A stretch of DNA of 64,000 bases from Mizuhopecten yessoensis (Eukaryota). The stretch is taken from assembly GCF_002113885.1 (NCBI RefSeq), contig NW_018408751.1:531312-595311 (forward strand), given 5' to 3'. Below the pieces are notes generated by a model. The model did no database searches. It was not told the DNA's origin and worked only from the letters and a program-made list of their open reading frames with translations. Position numbers and translations under genes: made by a program. Position 1 is the first letter of the stretch. Each line of letters starts with the position of its first letter. Shown here piece after piece: positions 50,501 through 63,251 of the stretch.

Positions 50501-51695
50501 AATAATCTTCATAATTAAATGTGATTTGTCATTAAACATTTCTTTGATTGCAAAGTGTTTGAATATGCATGTATATGCAATTCAATTTTCAGAAAATTAA
50601 TCATTTGGCATGTTTTCATAATTAGTTTTAAGGTACCCTACTTAGATAAACAAATATTTCTATTGTACTGAAATCGACAATTATGTCAAAAATAAAGAAA
50701 TTCTTAACTTGTAATAAACATGATATTTGAATTTAAGTTAAACAGAATCTCTGCTAGGCTAGCATGGCATATATCTCGCATCAAAAGTTCAAAAGCCTTA
50801 TGGTTAACGAAAAAATATAGTTATCAGTGTTCAAGTTAATAAATCCTAGCAAAATAAATGAAATAAATTCAAAATCGTGAGGAAAAGTGTGTTTTACCTT
50901 GTAATTATGGATAGAATGATTCATTACATTGATTGAAAGGCAAACATTCTAGTGAAAATAAAATTGTATTTTATCTTCAACATTGATATGTATTAACCGT
51001 GTCTTAGAAATTAGATTGTATTTTACCGTGTCTTCAAAATTTGATTATATTTCACCTTATACTACACATTTGATAGTATTTTACAGTGTATTACAAATAA
51101 GATTATATTCTGTTGTATAACGCAAATTTGATTGTATTTTACGTAGACCACAAATAATAATGCATTTTACCGTATACTCCAAATGCTATTATATCTTACC
51201 ATATACTGTACTACAAATTTGATTGTAATTTATCGCATACTATAAATTTCATTATATTTAACCGTATACTACAAATGTTATTATATTTTACCGTATACTA
51301 CAAATGTTATTATGTTTTACCGTATACTAGAAATGTTATTATGTTTTACCATATACTACAAAGTTGATTGTATTTTACATATAATACAAATTTGATTGCA
51401 GTTTACCGTATACTACAAATGTTATTATATTTAACCGTAAACTACAAATGTTATTATATTTTACTGTATACTACAAATGTTATGTTTTACCATATACTAC
51501 AAATTTTATTATATTTTACCATATACTACAAATTTGATAGTATTTTACCGTAGACTACACATTGTTTTGTATTTTTACCGTAGACTACAAATCTTTTTTT
51601 GATTGCATTAGTGAGAGCCGTGGCTACCGGAACGACTTACCTGTGAAGAGGAGCAGGACAAAAAGAGTGATCGCAGCTTCAGATAAGACCGACAT
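47539..51695 (-). CDS. Secreted C-type lectin (perlucin-like) with a short S/T/P-rich tail (CTL-C), about 258 aa
   Basis: Exons 51695-51641 (MSVLSEAAITLFVLLLFT), 49561-49277 (CP..YCFQF..TWVDARKDC..GGDLV..VWIGATD..WMWVTG), 48648-48463 (NWMPGEGP..EDCA..GRWHDYRC..YICQY), 47789-47539. Total 777 nt, all phase-1 GT-AG introns in the same positions as CTL-A/B. AATAAA on the minus strand at about 47497-47513. Confidence 0.88.
50960..51595. repeat. Degenerate 29-30 bp minisatellite in CTL-C intron 1
   Basis: Unit approximately TATTTTACCGTATACTACAAATGTTATTA, about 20 copies. Confidence 0.9.
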
Positions 51696-52629
51696 CTCGC
51701 GTGATTTACCAACAGTATGACAACTGTACAAGTGCAGGTTTAAGATAAAGACTGTTCTACGGAGATCCAACACGGAAGATCAATCATTTTTATGACGTCA
51801 TCAATTATTAAGACAAAGAATCTCGTTATAAAGATTTTGTAAAATTTCATATGCATTTGAAACTCGTTTTTAAACAAAAAGAGTTTATGATAAATGATTA
51901 CCGAATTAATCGGAATTATATATAACCTTTTTTCATGCATTATCATAATGTTAATTCAGGCAATTAATAGACAATATCTACAAGAGCTCCTGCTTTTGTA
52001 TGGCTACTTAAAGTATTACGAATATGCCGTCCAACCCATATTCACAATTGAGCCAAACGTAAGCTATGAGTCTATAGTTAATCGTTTGTTATAAGAATAT
52101 CAATCATGATGCAAGGATTGTATTTCAGGTGTTCCATACAATAAACATTTTTGAATTGTCAGGCTCGATTTCGAGCGGAGGCAAATACTTGTGCAGACTA
52201 AATGCCCTCTAAGCTAAAAAAATTCATTAATCAAATTTCGGTTACAAACTACCAGTGCAAAAAACAAATATATCTATTGCCTTAAAAGCCATTAACTATA
52301 CAAATACAGTAAATGAAAAAGTAAAAATTGTATCGAAATAAGATTTTTTTCAGCCCATTTGCAGTGTGAATACATTATTCTAATACTGGTAATTTAAAGT
52401 TAGTAGAATACGACTTACAAATATAAGACTCAATATGCATATTAGACCAGCTTTGATGTACATAAATTATTATACAATGGGATGTGGGATTTGAATATTT
52501 TGAAATCAATCTTAAACATCATATCCTTAAAATATCCTTTCTTTTCTTTCAGAACATTAGCCTTTGGTACTTTTACACTACTATCTCTTGCACTAATCTA
52601 AAAATAACTGTCTCCATTCTCATTTCGTG

Positions 52630-53135
52630 TGAGATGTTTTCCAAGAAATGGGTGTAAAGCACTTAAGAGCACATTTTGTGACAATATATACTTAGAATAA
52701 GCGCGTTCCTGGTGCTTCCAATCCTTGCCGATCATTTTTCTTTGTGTCTGAGGGAGCTCAAAAAGACAGGTAACAGAACCTTATCGAATTCTTTTATTTC
52801 GCTTCGATATTTCAGCGAAACGTTGCCTTTCAACAAGAAGAAATTAATTGACCAATATCCTCCCGAACTTGAATTCAAAGACACTACAGATTCTTCTTCA
52901 TCAGCCGCTTCACCCGATATTTTCCTATCAACAAGACCAACATACTGCCTTCTACAAAGCTGTATGATAACCGTGATGATTCTGATAGTTTCCTATCGTG
53001 ACAGACCTCTGTATTGCTAGTAATATACATGATTCCCCTCCGACTGTTTTCAGGGCTTGCTCCGGTATCACGATTTCCGTGATAGATGTTGGCTGCTGTC
53101 GGACAGATTTACAACAAAAGGTTCCGAGAAATACT
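52630..53135 (+). mobile_element. Penelope-like retroelement reverse transcriptase fossil
   Basis: Disrupted translations PILADHF, FRY, YPPELEFKDTTDSSSSAASPDI and LYDNRDD match the Penelope RT pattern (PLLADLFL / YPxELEIKxTT / LYDKRDDF). Frameshifts are present. Confidence 0.7.
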
Positions 53136-54539
53136 GGTTAATGTAGAATACGGGCAAGTGTTTTAATCCCCATTCTGATTTCAATGATAAAAATATGAAG
53201 GTCAATGCTATTTTACAATGTTCATTGGCCTCCCTTACGTTTTTATTGTCACTTCCCTGGTTCCCCATTTGAGTACGTGACATTACTATAAGATTCGACC
53301 AATGTAACAATCTAGATTCGAAGATATGGCGGATGTCGTTAATGAACCAGAAGACGTTTTCTATTCGGCATCCTTTTTTGTACTTGTTAATTATGAAAAT
53401 TGTTTGTGTGGGTTTTGAAGGTTTCATGTAAGAAACAAATTCGTTTGTATCAAACTGTATATTTGTTGTATATTATCTTCAAGGGAAATAATACAGGTAT
53501 ACAATTATTAATAAAACAAACAAAGTACTAAATACCTATTTAAAAGCAAGGGATTTATCAGTAGAACTTGGATGATAAGAATGAAATTTATGTTTCAAGA
53601 GTTTCGAAACATGTAAAAGTATAGCAAAATGGGAAAGGTCCTAAAGCTATACAAACCGTCACAAATTAGCAAATGTTTATTACAACAGATAATTTGTTTT
53701 AAAAATAGTATTTTGTGTAAACGTGCGAGAGTAAAGTCCAACGACAAAGTACCGACCGACTTTGTAGTTTTACTGTTTACATTGACTCATCAATTTGCAT
53801 CAGGTTCGAATAAAATAGTTACATTACTGGGTTACCACAGTCAATATCAAGCTAAGAGTATGATTAAAAGATGTTAAGATAACACACAAAGTGATAACAG
53901 GACATGCTATGATGCATATGTTGAATGCTAAACCTACAATGTGCGCCAACTATTTGTAGGATGCAATCGTGCAAAGCATTGTTAGCTTTACGAGTCAATT
54001 ATGCAAATTTTCCAAGTGTGTCTTTGAAAAATATGAAAATTCACAAATGGTTATTCTGTAGTTTGTCTTAAGACGATAATGTTAAATTCTGTTTAGTAAT
54101 CTAACTTATTTATCTCGACAATATTTCGAAATATTAACCCAGATTAAAGTTTTTTTTCATTCGTTATTTAAAGCTTATTCAGCTTTGAACTGACGAGCCC
54201 AGATACAGGACGGCACGCGGAACTCACGCGTTTCTGCTCTATAGCGACACAACATTCTGTTCCGTCTATCACAGTTTTAAAATTCAGAGTACAGAGTCCA
54301 TGGTCATCATGAATTTCGAATGAAACCGAAAATGAGAACACATGATTAGCCCATAGCTAGTTGTAAGCAGTTTGTTTAGAATGGACCTGATCGATCATGC
54401 ATTTGACATGTACATGACCCTTAAACTTCAAATGTGACCATGGAATTTGAATGGTGGTGGTTGAGGAGTATCTTGCATTCATACAAAATCACATCAACAG
54501 AATAACAAAGTGTCAAGAAAACAGTATTTTCAACTCAAA

Positions 54540-56790
54540 TCAACAAAACTAGGGCAAAATGTGATCAAAACAAAGATTTACATGGAATCCCTTTGAGAAA
54601 TGCGGGGATAATAAGACCATGTGCTCCAGTAGGGTAAGCGTAATTGTTTATTTGACGGCACTCGCCTCGTAAATCTGGGTCAAATCAAAGTAATGTCACG
54701 TCCTTAAAGCAGGAACTGGGTTGCTGAAAACGAAACAAGAGACACCAATAAGCTTAATTAAAAAAAATAACTCTCATATCACACCAAGAATTAGTTTATT
54801 TCCAAACGAGATCAAACTTGTCAACAGTCTTCATAAACCTGCATCATTTGAAACGCTGTGTTGTAAGTTTTCCCCTCAACAGTCGACAATTATTACGGCA
54901 ACCATGAATCAAGCTTTTGAATGCCAAAACTACTGCGATATTCAAACACAGTAGGTTGGGGAAGCAGCAATATAACTATTAAAAAAGGGAAAGTTCAAGA
55001 TCAGAAAACGAATGAATTCCCTGTTGGTCATGTTATAAACAATGATAGTGGGAGGAGGCTTATGTAGAAGAGTCTGTAGTGTATTTGTGTTCAGGAGGGT
55101 ACCTCAACGTAGCCATTCATTTTCGTGTTATTTAAAGATAGTAAACTGTCTATCCTCAAAAATTTAAAAGTGAATAGAACTACTTGCCAAGAATGTTCCT
55201 AGTAGTTCTGATAAGCACTTAAATAAACTAAGCCTCATAAGAAATACAAAAAACCGTGTCGGCCAAAAGAAGAGCACAGTTTAAATTCGTCCCGATAGGA
55301 ATGCCTACAGTCTGCTGGAAAATCTTGCCTCCAAAATCAACTGTTTATTGTTGACCAGATATACAACCATACTCACGATTGTTTCCTCTGTAATTTTCAT
55401 TTTTGCGTTTGTCGAATTTTCACAAAATATGTTCGAAAAGTTTAAAACCATAACTATATCAGCGTTTCTTTTCATGGGACAAGTTTCTCATTATAAGAGA
55501 AAGGAAACGTTCCTGTTAAAGGTGTAAGGCAAATGTTCTCGTAGAGGCTACATCTTTGAGGAGAGCATGCCAAACATTCCCATTTCATTAATTTTACTTC
55601 TGGAGGGGCCGCGTTGACCGGGTGGTTATGGCGTCTGACAGTCTACATGACCACCACTAGCCCTCCACCACTTGGTCGCGGCCGGGTTCGAGGCCTACTT
55701 CGAGGAGCAGTCGCAAGGTACTTGGCGAATGTTGGTGGTTTATCTATGGGCACACCGGTTTTCTGACTGCCATAAAAACATAGCACGTCCTTAAATGACC
55801 ATAGCTTTTGTTAGGACGTGAAACATCAAACCAAAGCAAATTTACTTCTGGGGTATACAGTGGCACAATACGACTGCAGCCCTAACGTTGAATTTCTTTT
55901 CCCCGATGATGCTCAAGTCTAACTATGGTCAGGTTAGCTTCACCCATAACCAAGTACAAATAAATCTATTAAAGATAAACACATGTTTCCCCTTTAATTT
56001 GCCACCCAACACTGAATTCCTTTAGTCTAGGGATGTTCCACTCCTACATGTATTCAGGTCAGAATTCTTCCCTCGTACTTGGGGAGTAGTCTTTAACACA
56101 CATTTCTCATTTTTGGTCCCGCTCCACTGTCCTTTACGATGTGACACCATTCAATTATGCAGTGTTTTAGAATGTTTCATATATATTGAAATCTATTCCC
56201 CTTCAAATAAGGACTACTATTTCAAAAATTGACTCACATGATCCTTTCTGGACCCTATCCCTACGAGGCCACATCTTCGTTCATATAACATTAAATTCCC
56301 TTCACACAAGAATGCTTTATGTCAAATAAACTGGTCACAATAGTTTCCCTTCAGCAAAACTTTAGGAGAAGTATTTAAAAAAAAAACTTTGGGTTACTGC
56401 ACTTCCACCGACCGTAAGTTAACACTCTTCATTAATAATTTTTTTAATTTCCTTGATCCAGGGACGTGTTATGCATTTTGGACTTTGCCTTCTGCCATAA
56501 GGTGGACCACATCTTTCAGCATTAAGGATGAAGTTCTTTAAAGAGAAAGTAGTACAATGTACTTCCCTTGCTAGATATTTCATATATGCTCTTAAGATGG
56601 CCACCGAGACAGGACAAAGCCTTCATTCATACAATAATATTGAAATAAGCTATGTCAATGTCAATACAGTCAAAATCCTTTTAAGTGTATTTAAGGGAAA
56701 GTCTTTAACAAGCCATTTGGATTGATACGTCTCGCCTATGCCACGCTTTGACCATCAATGCACATATTGGTGAAATAAATTCAATGTAGT
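54540..56790 (-). mobile_element. Penelope-like retroelement fossil (degenerate RT), interrupted by a SINE
   Basis: Minus-strand translation near 55345-55260, VDFGGKIFQQTVGIPIGTN..CALLLAD, plus LSLNN and YPP..TTDSS remnants near 55150-55060. Boundaries are approximate. Confidence 0.7.
55604..55840 (+). mobile_element. tRNA-derived SINE with a V-domain-like core and an 11-bp target-site duplication
   Basis: A box TGACCGGGTGG, B box GGTTCGAGGCC, V-like GGTGGTTTATCTATGGGCACACCGGTTTTC, tail CGTCCTTAAATGACCATAGC..TAGGACGTGAAAC. TSD TTTACTTCTGG at 55593-55603 and 55841-55851. Confidence 0.85.
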
Positions 56791-57624
56791 AGACTACATT
56801 TGAAATGAAACTAACTTAAACGCAAAATCTTAATGTTAAAGGAGATACTGACATAGTCAAGAGACCATGAAAAGCAAGCCGCATCCAGCATTTGATGCAT
56901 GGGTTGAGATGTACTACCATCTATGGTTGTGAGTGATTGTATTGTTTATCCTTGTATATATGTTTATTTTGAACTGATGAGCCGTAAGGTTCAAGGTAAT
57001 AAGAACTGAACTGAACTGATGGTTCGTTTGTTTGGTCTAGCACTTATACTTTCAGTGAATCTAACTTAAACGAAAACAATGTTAATGTTGACACAGACGA
57101 TGTCGCCGGAAAAAAGCAACAGCTTAGTCTCGCTTCCACTACTTCGTGGCGACGAGCCAAAATCAATCCTCAGTTTTTTCTCTTTTTAGTTTTAGCAATT
57201 TTGAGGTCGAATTACCGTTTTATTTATTCTTTGGTAATCTCTTATTATTAAGTCATTCACTTTTCTGTTTGCAAGCCTTTTTAAATATATGTCATGTTTG
57301 TATGAAAGCAACTTGACAACATAAAACAAAACAGGTGAATTCCAAACTGCAGTTTATTCCTGCTGGTACACTTAACGATGTAACATGCTCATTGTTAAAG
57401 CTGTACATACATCATCATACAGATCACATGATTAGGTTGCCATGGCAACAGCCGAACATGAAAGAATATAATATCGTCAACAAATAGGAACTATCTAATA
57501 ATAGTTATGATGACAGCAATAGTAAATATCACAATCATATACTATACGTAAATATAAACATCACCATAACATATATAACATCTTTATTGAACAGGGATAC
57601 ATATTGCACATAGCCTCAACTTAG

Positions 57625-58020
57625 TCACTCTCAAAGAAACACTTGTGTTTTACCTGGCAGTCATTGTCACTAAAACGCGTGTGATTCAGCTGATAATTAC
57701 TTTCATGGGACCACTTGTTTTTTTTAACTGACAGTCACTGTCACGGAAACACTTGTGTTTTACCTGGCAGTCACTGTCACCAAAACGCTTGTGATGATCA
57801 GCTGATAATCACTTTCATGGAACCACTTGCTTTTTATCTGACAGTCACTGTCACGGAAACACTTGTTTTTATCCGACATTCACTGTCACGGAAACACTTG
57901 TGTTTTACCTGGCAGTCACAGTCACCAAAACACTTGTGATTCAGCTAAAAGTCTCTTTCACAGAACCACTTGCTTTTTATCTGACAGTCACTGTCTTGAA
58001 AACACTTCTGATTAACCTGG
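57625..58020. repeat. Degenerate 32-35 bp tandem repeat
   Basis: Recurrent AAACACTTGTGTTTTACCTGGCAGTCACTGTCAC and variants. Confidence 0.85.
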
Positions 58021-59139
58021 AATTCTTTTTTTTATGCTAGTATTTTCTAAAACACATGTATTACGATTGAAAACATCTGGGTTGAACATTACTTTTTTAA
58101 CTTTTATGAAAATTATTCTTTTATTCATTTCAACATGTAAACAGCTCCATTTGAAATTTTATTTTCTTCATTTAGAAAATGAATTATCATACCAACGTAA
58201 TTATATATATTAAAATACTCCCTAACATGATTAAAACATGCAATTTCAGTTACAGTTGTTTTAAATCGCATGCAATTACAAAACCAATTATTATTTTTTT
58301 TATTTTTTTTTGGAAACAACTGATGACTTATAGGGTCACATGCTTACCTTATAAAGCCTGGGACCTTTGAACTGAACTAAATCCCCTATGAAATTGTGTC
58401 ATTTGACAGTATTGAATAAAAGCTATTAAAGACATTTTGGAATTGCATTATTCTACAGATGTGAACATCTTGATATGCTGTTCATGGAATGATTGACTAC
58501 AGTACACGGCGTGAGATGTGGGGGTCAAAGGTCAAAGATGCAGAACACATTTTGTGAAACAGATCAACAACCACACAGTGATTAATGAGTTTGATATCGG
58601 AACATTTCAACATTAATACAAGTACATAATCTTCAAAATCAGATATGCCACTGAAATGCTTCATTCCATTATACAGACACAATGACAGTATGAGCTATAT
58701 ATTGTAATTGATTTCACAAGCAACCTTAATTGATTATTCAACAATGTTATACTGTATAGTGCTATAACACCCAGGGGTCAAAACACTTTAAAGTTCATGC
58801 TTGAGTTAGAATCCCAGGCAATCTTACTTCCCAGGAATTTAGAATTTGCATGAAGTTATATAATTTCAGGGAGTTTTAGAATTTCCAGAAGGTTGTAGGA
58901 GTTCATGTGAGCTGTAGTTTATGCACTGCAAAAGTAAAACCCTTGTGAAAAATAACCACTATACAGTACTACAGAGTAAATTCATATGATGTGAGAGGAC
59001 AAATACAATATCACGAGTTCACCAATGGATATAAGCTAGCAGATAATTGTGCCCCCACCCTTCCCATCCCTCCATCCGTTCTCCCAAGAAACTGTAACAT
59101 TAATATAAATGGAGCATTTGTCCTATATATATCAGTTAA

Positions 59140-59222
59140 CCCATTCACCCCTGAAGAAACATTTAAACTCTTCCAATTCAAAAGTTGGAATAGTTCATTA
59201 TGAAATTTCAGGGGTGAATGAG
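59140..59222. mobile_element. 83-bp piggyBac-like MITE
   Basis: TTAA|CCCATTCACCCCTGAA...TTCAGGGGTGAATGAG|TTAA. Confidence 0.75.
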
Positions 59223-59355
59223 TTAAACATCCTGGGAGCAATTTTTGTATCATGGATTCAGATCACACGGGACGTAAAAACATTTAACTAAGCATGGAAC
59301 CTGACTGACAGCTTACATAGACTTCTGGATTGCTTGGGTTTCCACCAGACTTTCA

Positions 59356-59438
59356 CTCATTCACCCCTGAAGACACATTTAATCTCTTCCCATTCAAAAG
59401 TTTGAATAGTTCATAATGAAATTTCAGGGGTGAATAAG
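59356..59438. mobile_element. 83-bp piggyBac-like MITE
   Basis: TTCA|CTCATTCACCCCTGAA...TTCAGGGGTGAATAAG|TTAA. Confidence 0.75.
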
Positions 59439-59633
59439 TTAAAACAATTTGTCCTATTATACAACCATAAGCACATCCTTTTACAGATTAAATTTAATGG
59501 ACCTACATGTGCCAATACCTCACTAAATATAACTAGAGGTATCTGTGACAGTCAAGCCAGTAATATTCTTCACAAATTTGTTCCAATCATGGTGTCTGAT
59601 TTAATGGTTTAAAAGGTTTCCAAATTAACAAAA

Positions 59634-60467
59634 AACAAGAGGCCCATGGGCCTTAACGGTCACCTGAGTCTACAGTATTTATTTTTGTTGTTGAAATATG
59701 TACCAATTTGAGTAAAAAATAGTGTAATGTTAACTTAACTTTGTCAGGACCATGAGCTGATCATTCCTATACCAATTTTAAGTGAGATCGGCCTATTAGA
59801 ACTTAGTAGCAAAATAGCGGCCATGGCAGCCAAATTGTATTTCTGATTGACCCGAAAAATAACAACACTTTGTCAGGACCATGTTCGATCATTCCTACAA
59901 AGTTTCAGTTCAATCGGCCAAGTAGAACTTAACTTTAAGTTTGAAATAGTTTTTCAAAATGGCAGCCGTGGTGGCCATATTGGATTTCTGATCGACCCGA
60001 AAAATAACAAGACTTTGTCAGGACCATGAGTCGATCATTCCTACAAACTTTAAGTTCAATCGGTCCAGCAGAACTTGACTTTAAGCTTGAAATAGGTTTT
60101 CAAAATGGCGGCCGTGGCGGCCATATTGGATTTCTGATTGACCTGAAAAATAACAACACTTTGTCAGGACCATGAGCTGATCATTCCTACAAACTTTCAG
60201 TTCAATCGGCCTAGCAGAACTTGACTTTAAGTTTAAAATAGGTTTTCAAAATGGCGGCCGTGGCGGCCATATTGGATTTCTGATCGACCCGAAAAATAAC
60301 AACACTTTGTCAGGACCATGAGGCGATCATTCCTACCAACTTTTAGTTCAATCGGCCCAGCAGAACTTGACTTTAAGTTTGAAATGTAAAATGTTAACGG
60401 ACGACGGACGACGACGGACGAAAACGGATAGCAATAGGTCACTTGAGCTAAAGCTCAGGTGACCTAA
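59634..60467 (-). mobile_element. HINE/pearl-like non-autonomous Helentron with about 5 central ~146-bp units
   Basis: AACAAGAGGCCCATGGGCCT hairpin plus GGTCACCTGAG at one end. (GGAC/GAC)n microsatellite and AGGTCACTTGAGCT..AGCTCAGGTGACCT hairpin at the other. TTGTCAGGACCATG recurs at 59741, 59870, 60015, 60161 and 60307. Confidence 0.88.
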
Positions 60468-61168
60468 AAAAACCAAAAAAAAACCCAACAGAACTAGAAC
60501 TTTTTTGCAAAAAAACAAGAACATTAAATTTAGAAACATCTTTGTTCTCACTGTGCTGTTCTTCTTTGTTGCTGGAATTACGAACTCAATTCTCGCCTTG
60601 TACACAACCACACTATAACTTCATAATAGTAAATTGTCTGAGAATTTCACAGGTTTTCTAACTGTTAAACTTAAACTATTAAGCTTGCTTTATCTAAATC
60701 TACACAAGTTTGGTGGAAAATATTGGGATAATGGCTATATTGATGTTAAATGCTAAACTGCTCTTTCACTCTCCCGAGTTCTCCCTTTTTAGTACGGGAA
60801 ATGCATGTGCAGTTAAGACCAGACCGATGATTTAAAAGGAGATCTCCGAACTTGAGATAAACTATCGACCAATTTATCTGGCCCAGACATGATGTTCCAA
60901 AACACAAAACTCAGAATGAATATAAGCAACAATTTGGTCATGGCCAATCGTAAAAAAAAAAATGTAAATAAGTAAGTCATCTAAATGATAACTAAATGGC
61001 AAGGAAAGCATAAACTGCAACTGATAATATTAAAATCAAATGATAATATGTCAAGTCTGCAAATGAATTTCATATTTTTTCTGCTGAAAAGTGTTTTTTT
61101 CTTTCAATCTTCTATATATTTATATATATATATTGAATTAACTGCACAAAAATAAATACAAACTGTTT

Positions 61169-61664
61169 ACCTGTATAAAAGGTGACACATTGACTGTTTT
61201 TACCTGACAGGTACACCTGTATAAAAGGTGACACATTGACTGTTTTTACCTGACAGGTACACCTGTATAAAAGGTGACACATTGACTGTTTTTACCTGAC
61301 AGGTACACCTGTATAAAAGGTGACACATTGACTGTTTTTACCTGACAGGTACACCTGTATAAAAGGTGACACATTGACTGTTTTTACCTGACAGGTACAC
61401 CTGTATAAAAGGTGACACATTGACTGTTTTTACCTGACAGGTACACCTGTATAAAAGGTGACACATTGACTGTTTTTACCTGACAGGTACACCTGTATAA
61501 AAGGTGACACATTGACTGTTTTTACCTGACAGGTACACCTGTATAAAAGGTGACACATTGACTGTTTTTACCTGACAGGTACACCTGTATAAAAGGTGAC
61601 ACAGTGACTGTTTTTACCTGACAGGTACACCTGTATAAAAGGTGACACAGTGACTGTTTTTACC
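61169..61664. repeat. Near-perfect 46-bp minisatellite (about 11 copies)
   Basis: Unit ACCTGTATAAAAGGTGACACATTGACTGTTTTTACCTGACAGGTAC. Confidence 0.97.
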
Positions 61665-61805
61665 AGTATTAGGTCGTCAGTCACATGGTTCTGTAAATAA
61701 ACTTATATGAGCAAAAGCATTTTCAAATCAATACTAAAAAAAAATTAAAAAATACCATGTAAGACTAAAAAAAAAAGTGTTCAAAATATTTCATTTTCTT
61801 ATGAA

Positions 61806-61888
61806 CAAATTCATCCCTGAAGTCACATTTGAACATTACCAAATCAAAGACTGGGTAAGTCCAGTTTAGAATCGTAGGGGTGAATGAG
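61806..61888. mobile_element. 83-bp piggyBac-like MITE (second subfamily)
   Basis: CAAATTCATCCCTGAAG...TAGGGGTGAATGAG|TTAA. Confidence 0.65.
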
Positions 61889-62650
61889 TTAATCAACCCT
61901 AGCATATGGTGCTAAACTTTGATAGTGAGCACTATATCACCATATGTACAGTGTGTAAGGACATCTCTCAAAATCAACAAAACGAAGACTAGGAGTTGTG
62001 TATGCTAGTATATCAAGAATGATATTGAGGTATCATACCATATACACATACAATAACAGTGGAAAGCAACTAAAATGTAATAAAAATAGATAATAAAATG
62101 TTCTACCATGCAGCATCAGTCATATATCATAACTAGCTATCTTCAGCCTCACCCTATCTTGTTCTGAATTTAGAAAGACTTTAAGAAATTATGTATTTTT
62201 TTCCACCTGATGCATACAACACCATGATTCTACGGTATTATAGATAAGTTAAAATAAAAAAGACATTATTCTAAATTGATCGACATGGTTAAACTATTAT
62301 CACGATGTTTTTCATACCTTTGTTTTTCAAATTCGGTGTTCAGCATTGTTAACTTTTATCTCTACGCGTAAAGTACGACCCTCACAAACTTAAGGATCAA
62401 AGCATGATGAATTATTTCTTGGCACAATCGAAATTCACAATCTGAGAAACATGTCATACAAGACAAACCAGCTTTCAAGGCAGATTCAAGTAAAAACGGC
62501 ATAAATAAACTATAGGATCTAATAACGAACATATAAATAATGATAAATGATAATGTAACGTAAGCAAATCCACTTCCCTTTTCTATGAAAGACTCAACTT
62601 AATAGTATAAAATTGCTGTGAAACCTTCAACTACAACTTAATTTTCTTGA

Positions 62651-62733
62651 CACATTCACCCCTAAAGTCACATTTGAACCTTACCAAATCAAAGACTGGG
62701 CAAGTCCAGGTTAGAAGTGTAGGGGTGAATGTG
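62651..62733. mobile_element. 83-bp piggyBac-like MITE (second subfamily)
   Basis: TTGA|CACATTCACCCCTA...TAGGGGTGAATGTG|TTAA. Interior nearly identical to 61806-61888. Confidence 0.7.
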
Positions 62734-62905
62734 TTAAAGAGTCATGTTACTTAAAAAACATGGAGGATACAGCAGAATCAATATGGTAAGTTTTTTGGGG
62801 AGATCAGGGTACGGTGAATAATGTACCACAAATTTGAGACATTTTCTGTACCTACTTCAGTTCAGAGTAATACAACGTAAAATATTTGAGAGTAAATTCT
62901 GCCAT

Positions 62906-63100
62906 TTAAGGATCCCTGTCCCACTGCACTGTAGTTTTTCCCTATATACAGTAACCTCCCCTTAACTTCCTTAAGGATCCCTGTCCCACTGCACTGTAGT
63001 TTTTACCTATATACAGTCACCTCCCCTTAACTTCCTTAAGGATCCCTGTCCCACTGCACTGTAGTTTTTCCCTATATACAGTAACCTCCCCTTAACTTCC
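62906..63100. repeat. Three 65-bp tandem copies
   Basis: GATCCCTGTCCCACTGCACTGTAG at 62911, 62976 and 63041. Confidence 0.95.
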
Positions 63101-63144
63101 ATTTGGATATAACTGTAGAGCAAATTGGGCCAGGACACTTCCGT

Positions 63145-63250
63145 CGACCAGGTAGCTCAATGTGTTAGGGTAGGGACATTATACGTCCCTGGTTAGGGGG
63201 ATAGTTTAGCAGCCTTAGGTTCAGGGTTCAAATCTGGGTCTAGCTCCATG
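63145..63250 (+). mobile_element. Degenerate tRNA-derived SINE head
   Basis: A-box-like GGTAGCTCAATG and B-box-like GGGTTCAAATC. Does not fold as a tRNA. Confidence 0.4.
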
Positions 63251-63251
63251 G

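Noticed and set aside
63145-63250. Possible tRNA genes here and at 9900-10000 and 33320-33435
   Set aside because: Only A/B-box remnants are present, with no cloverleaf. They are better explained as SINE heads.
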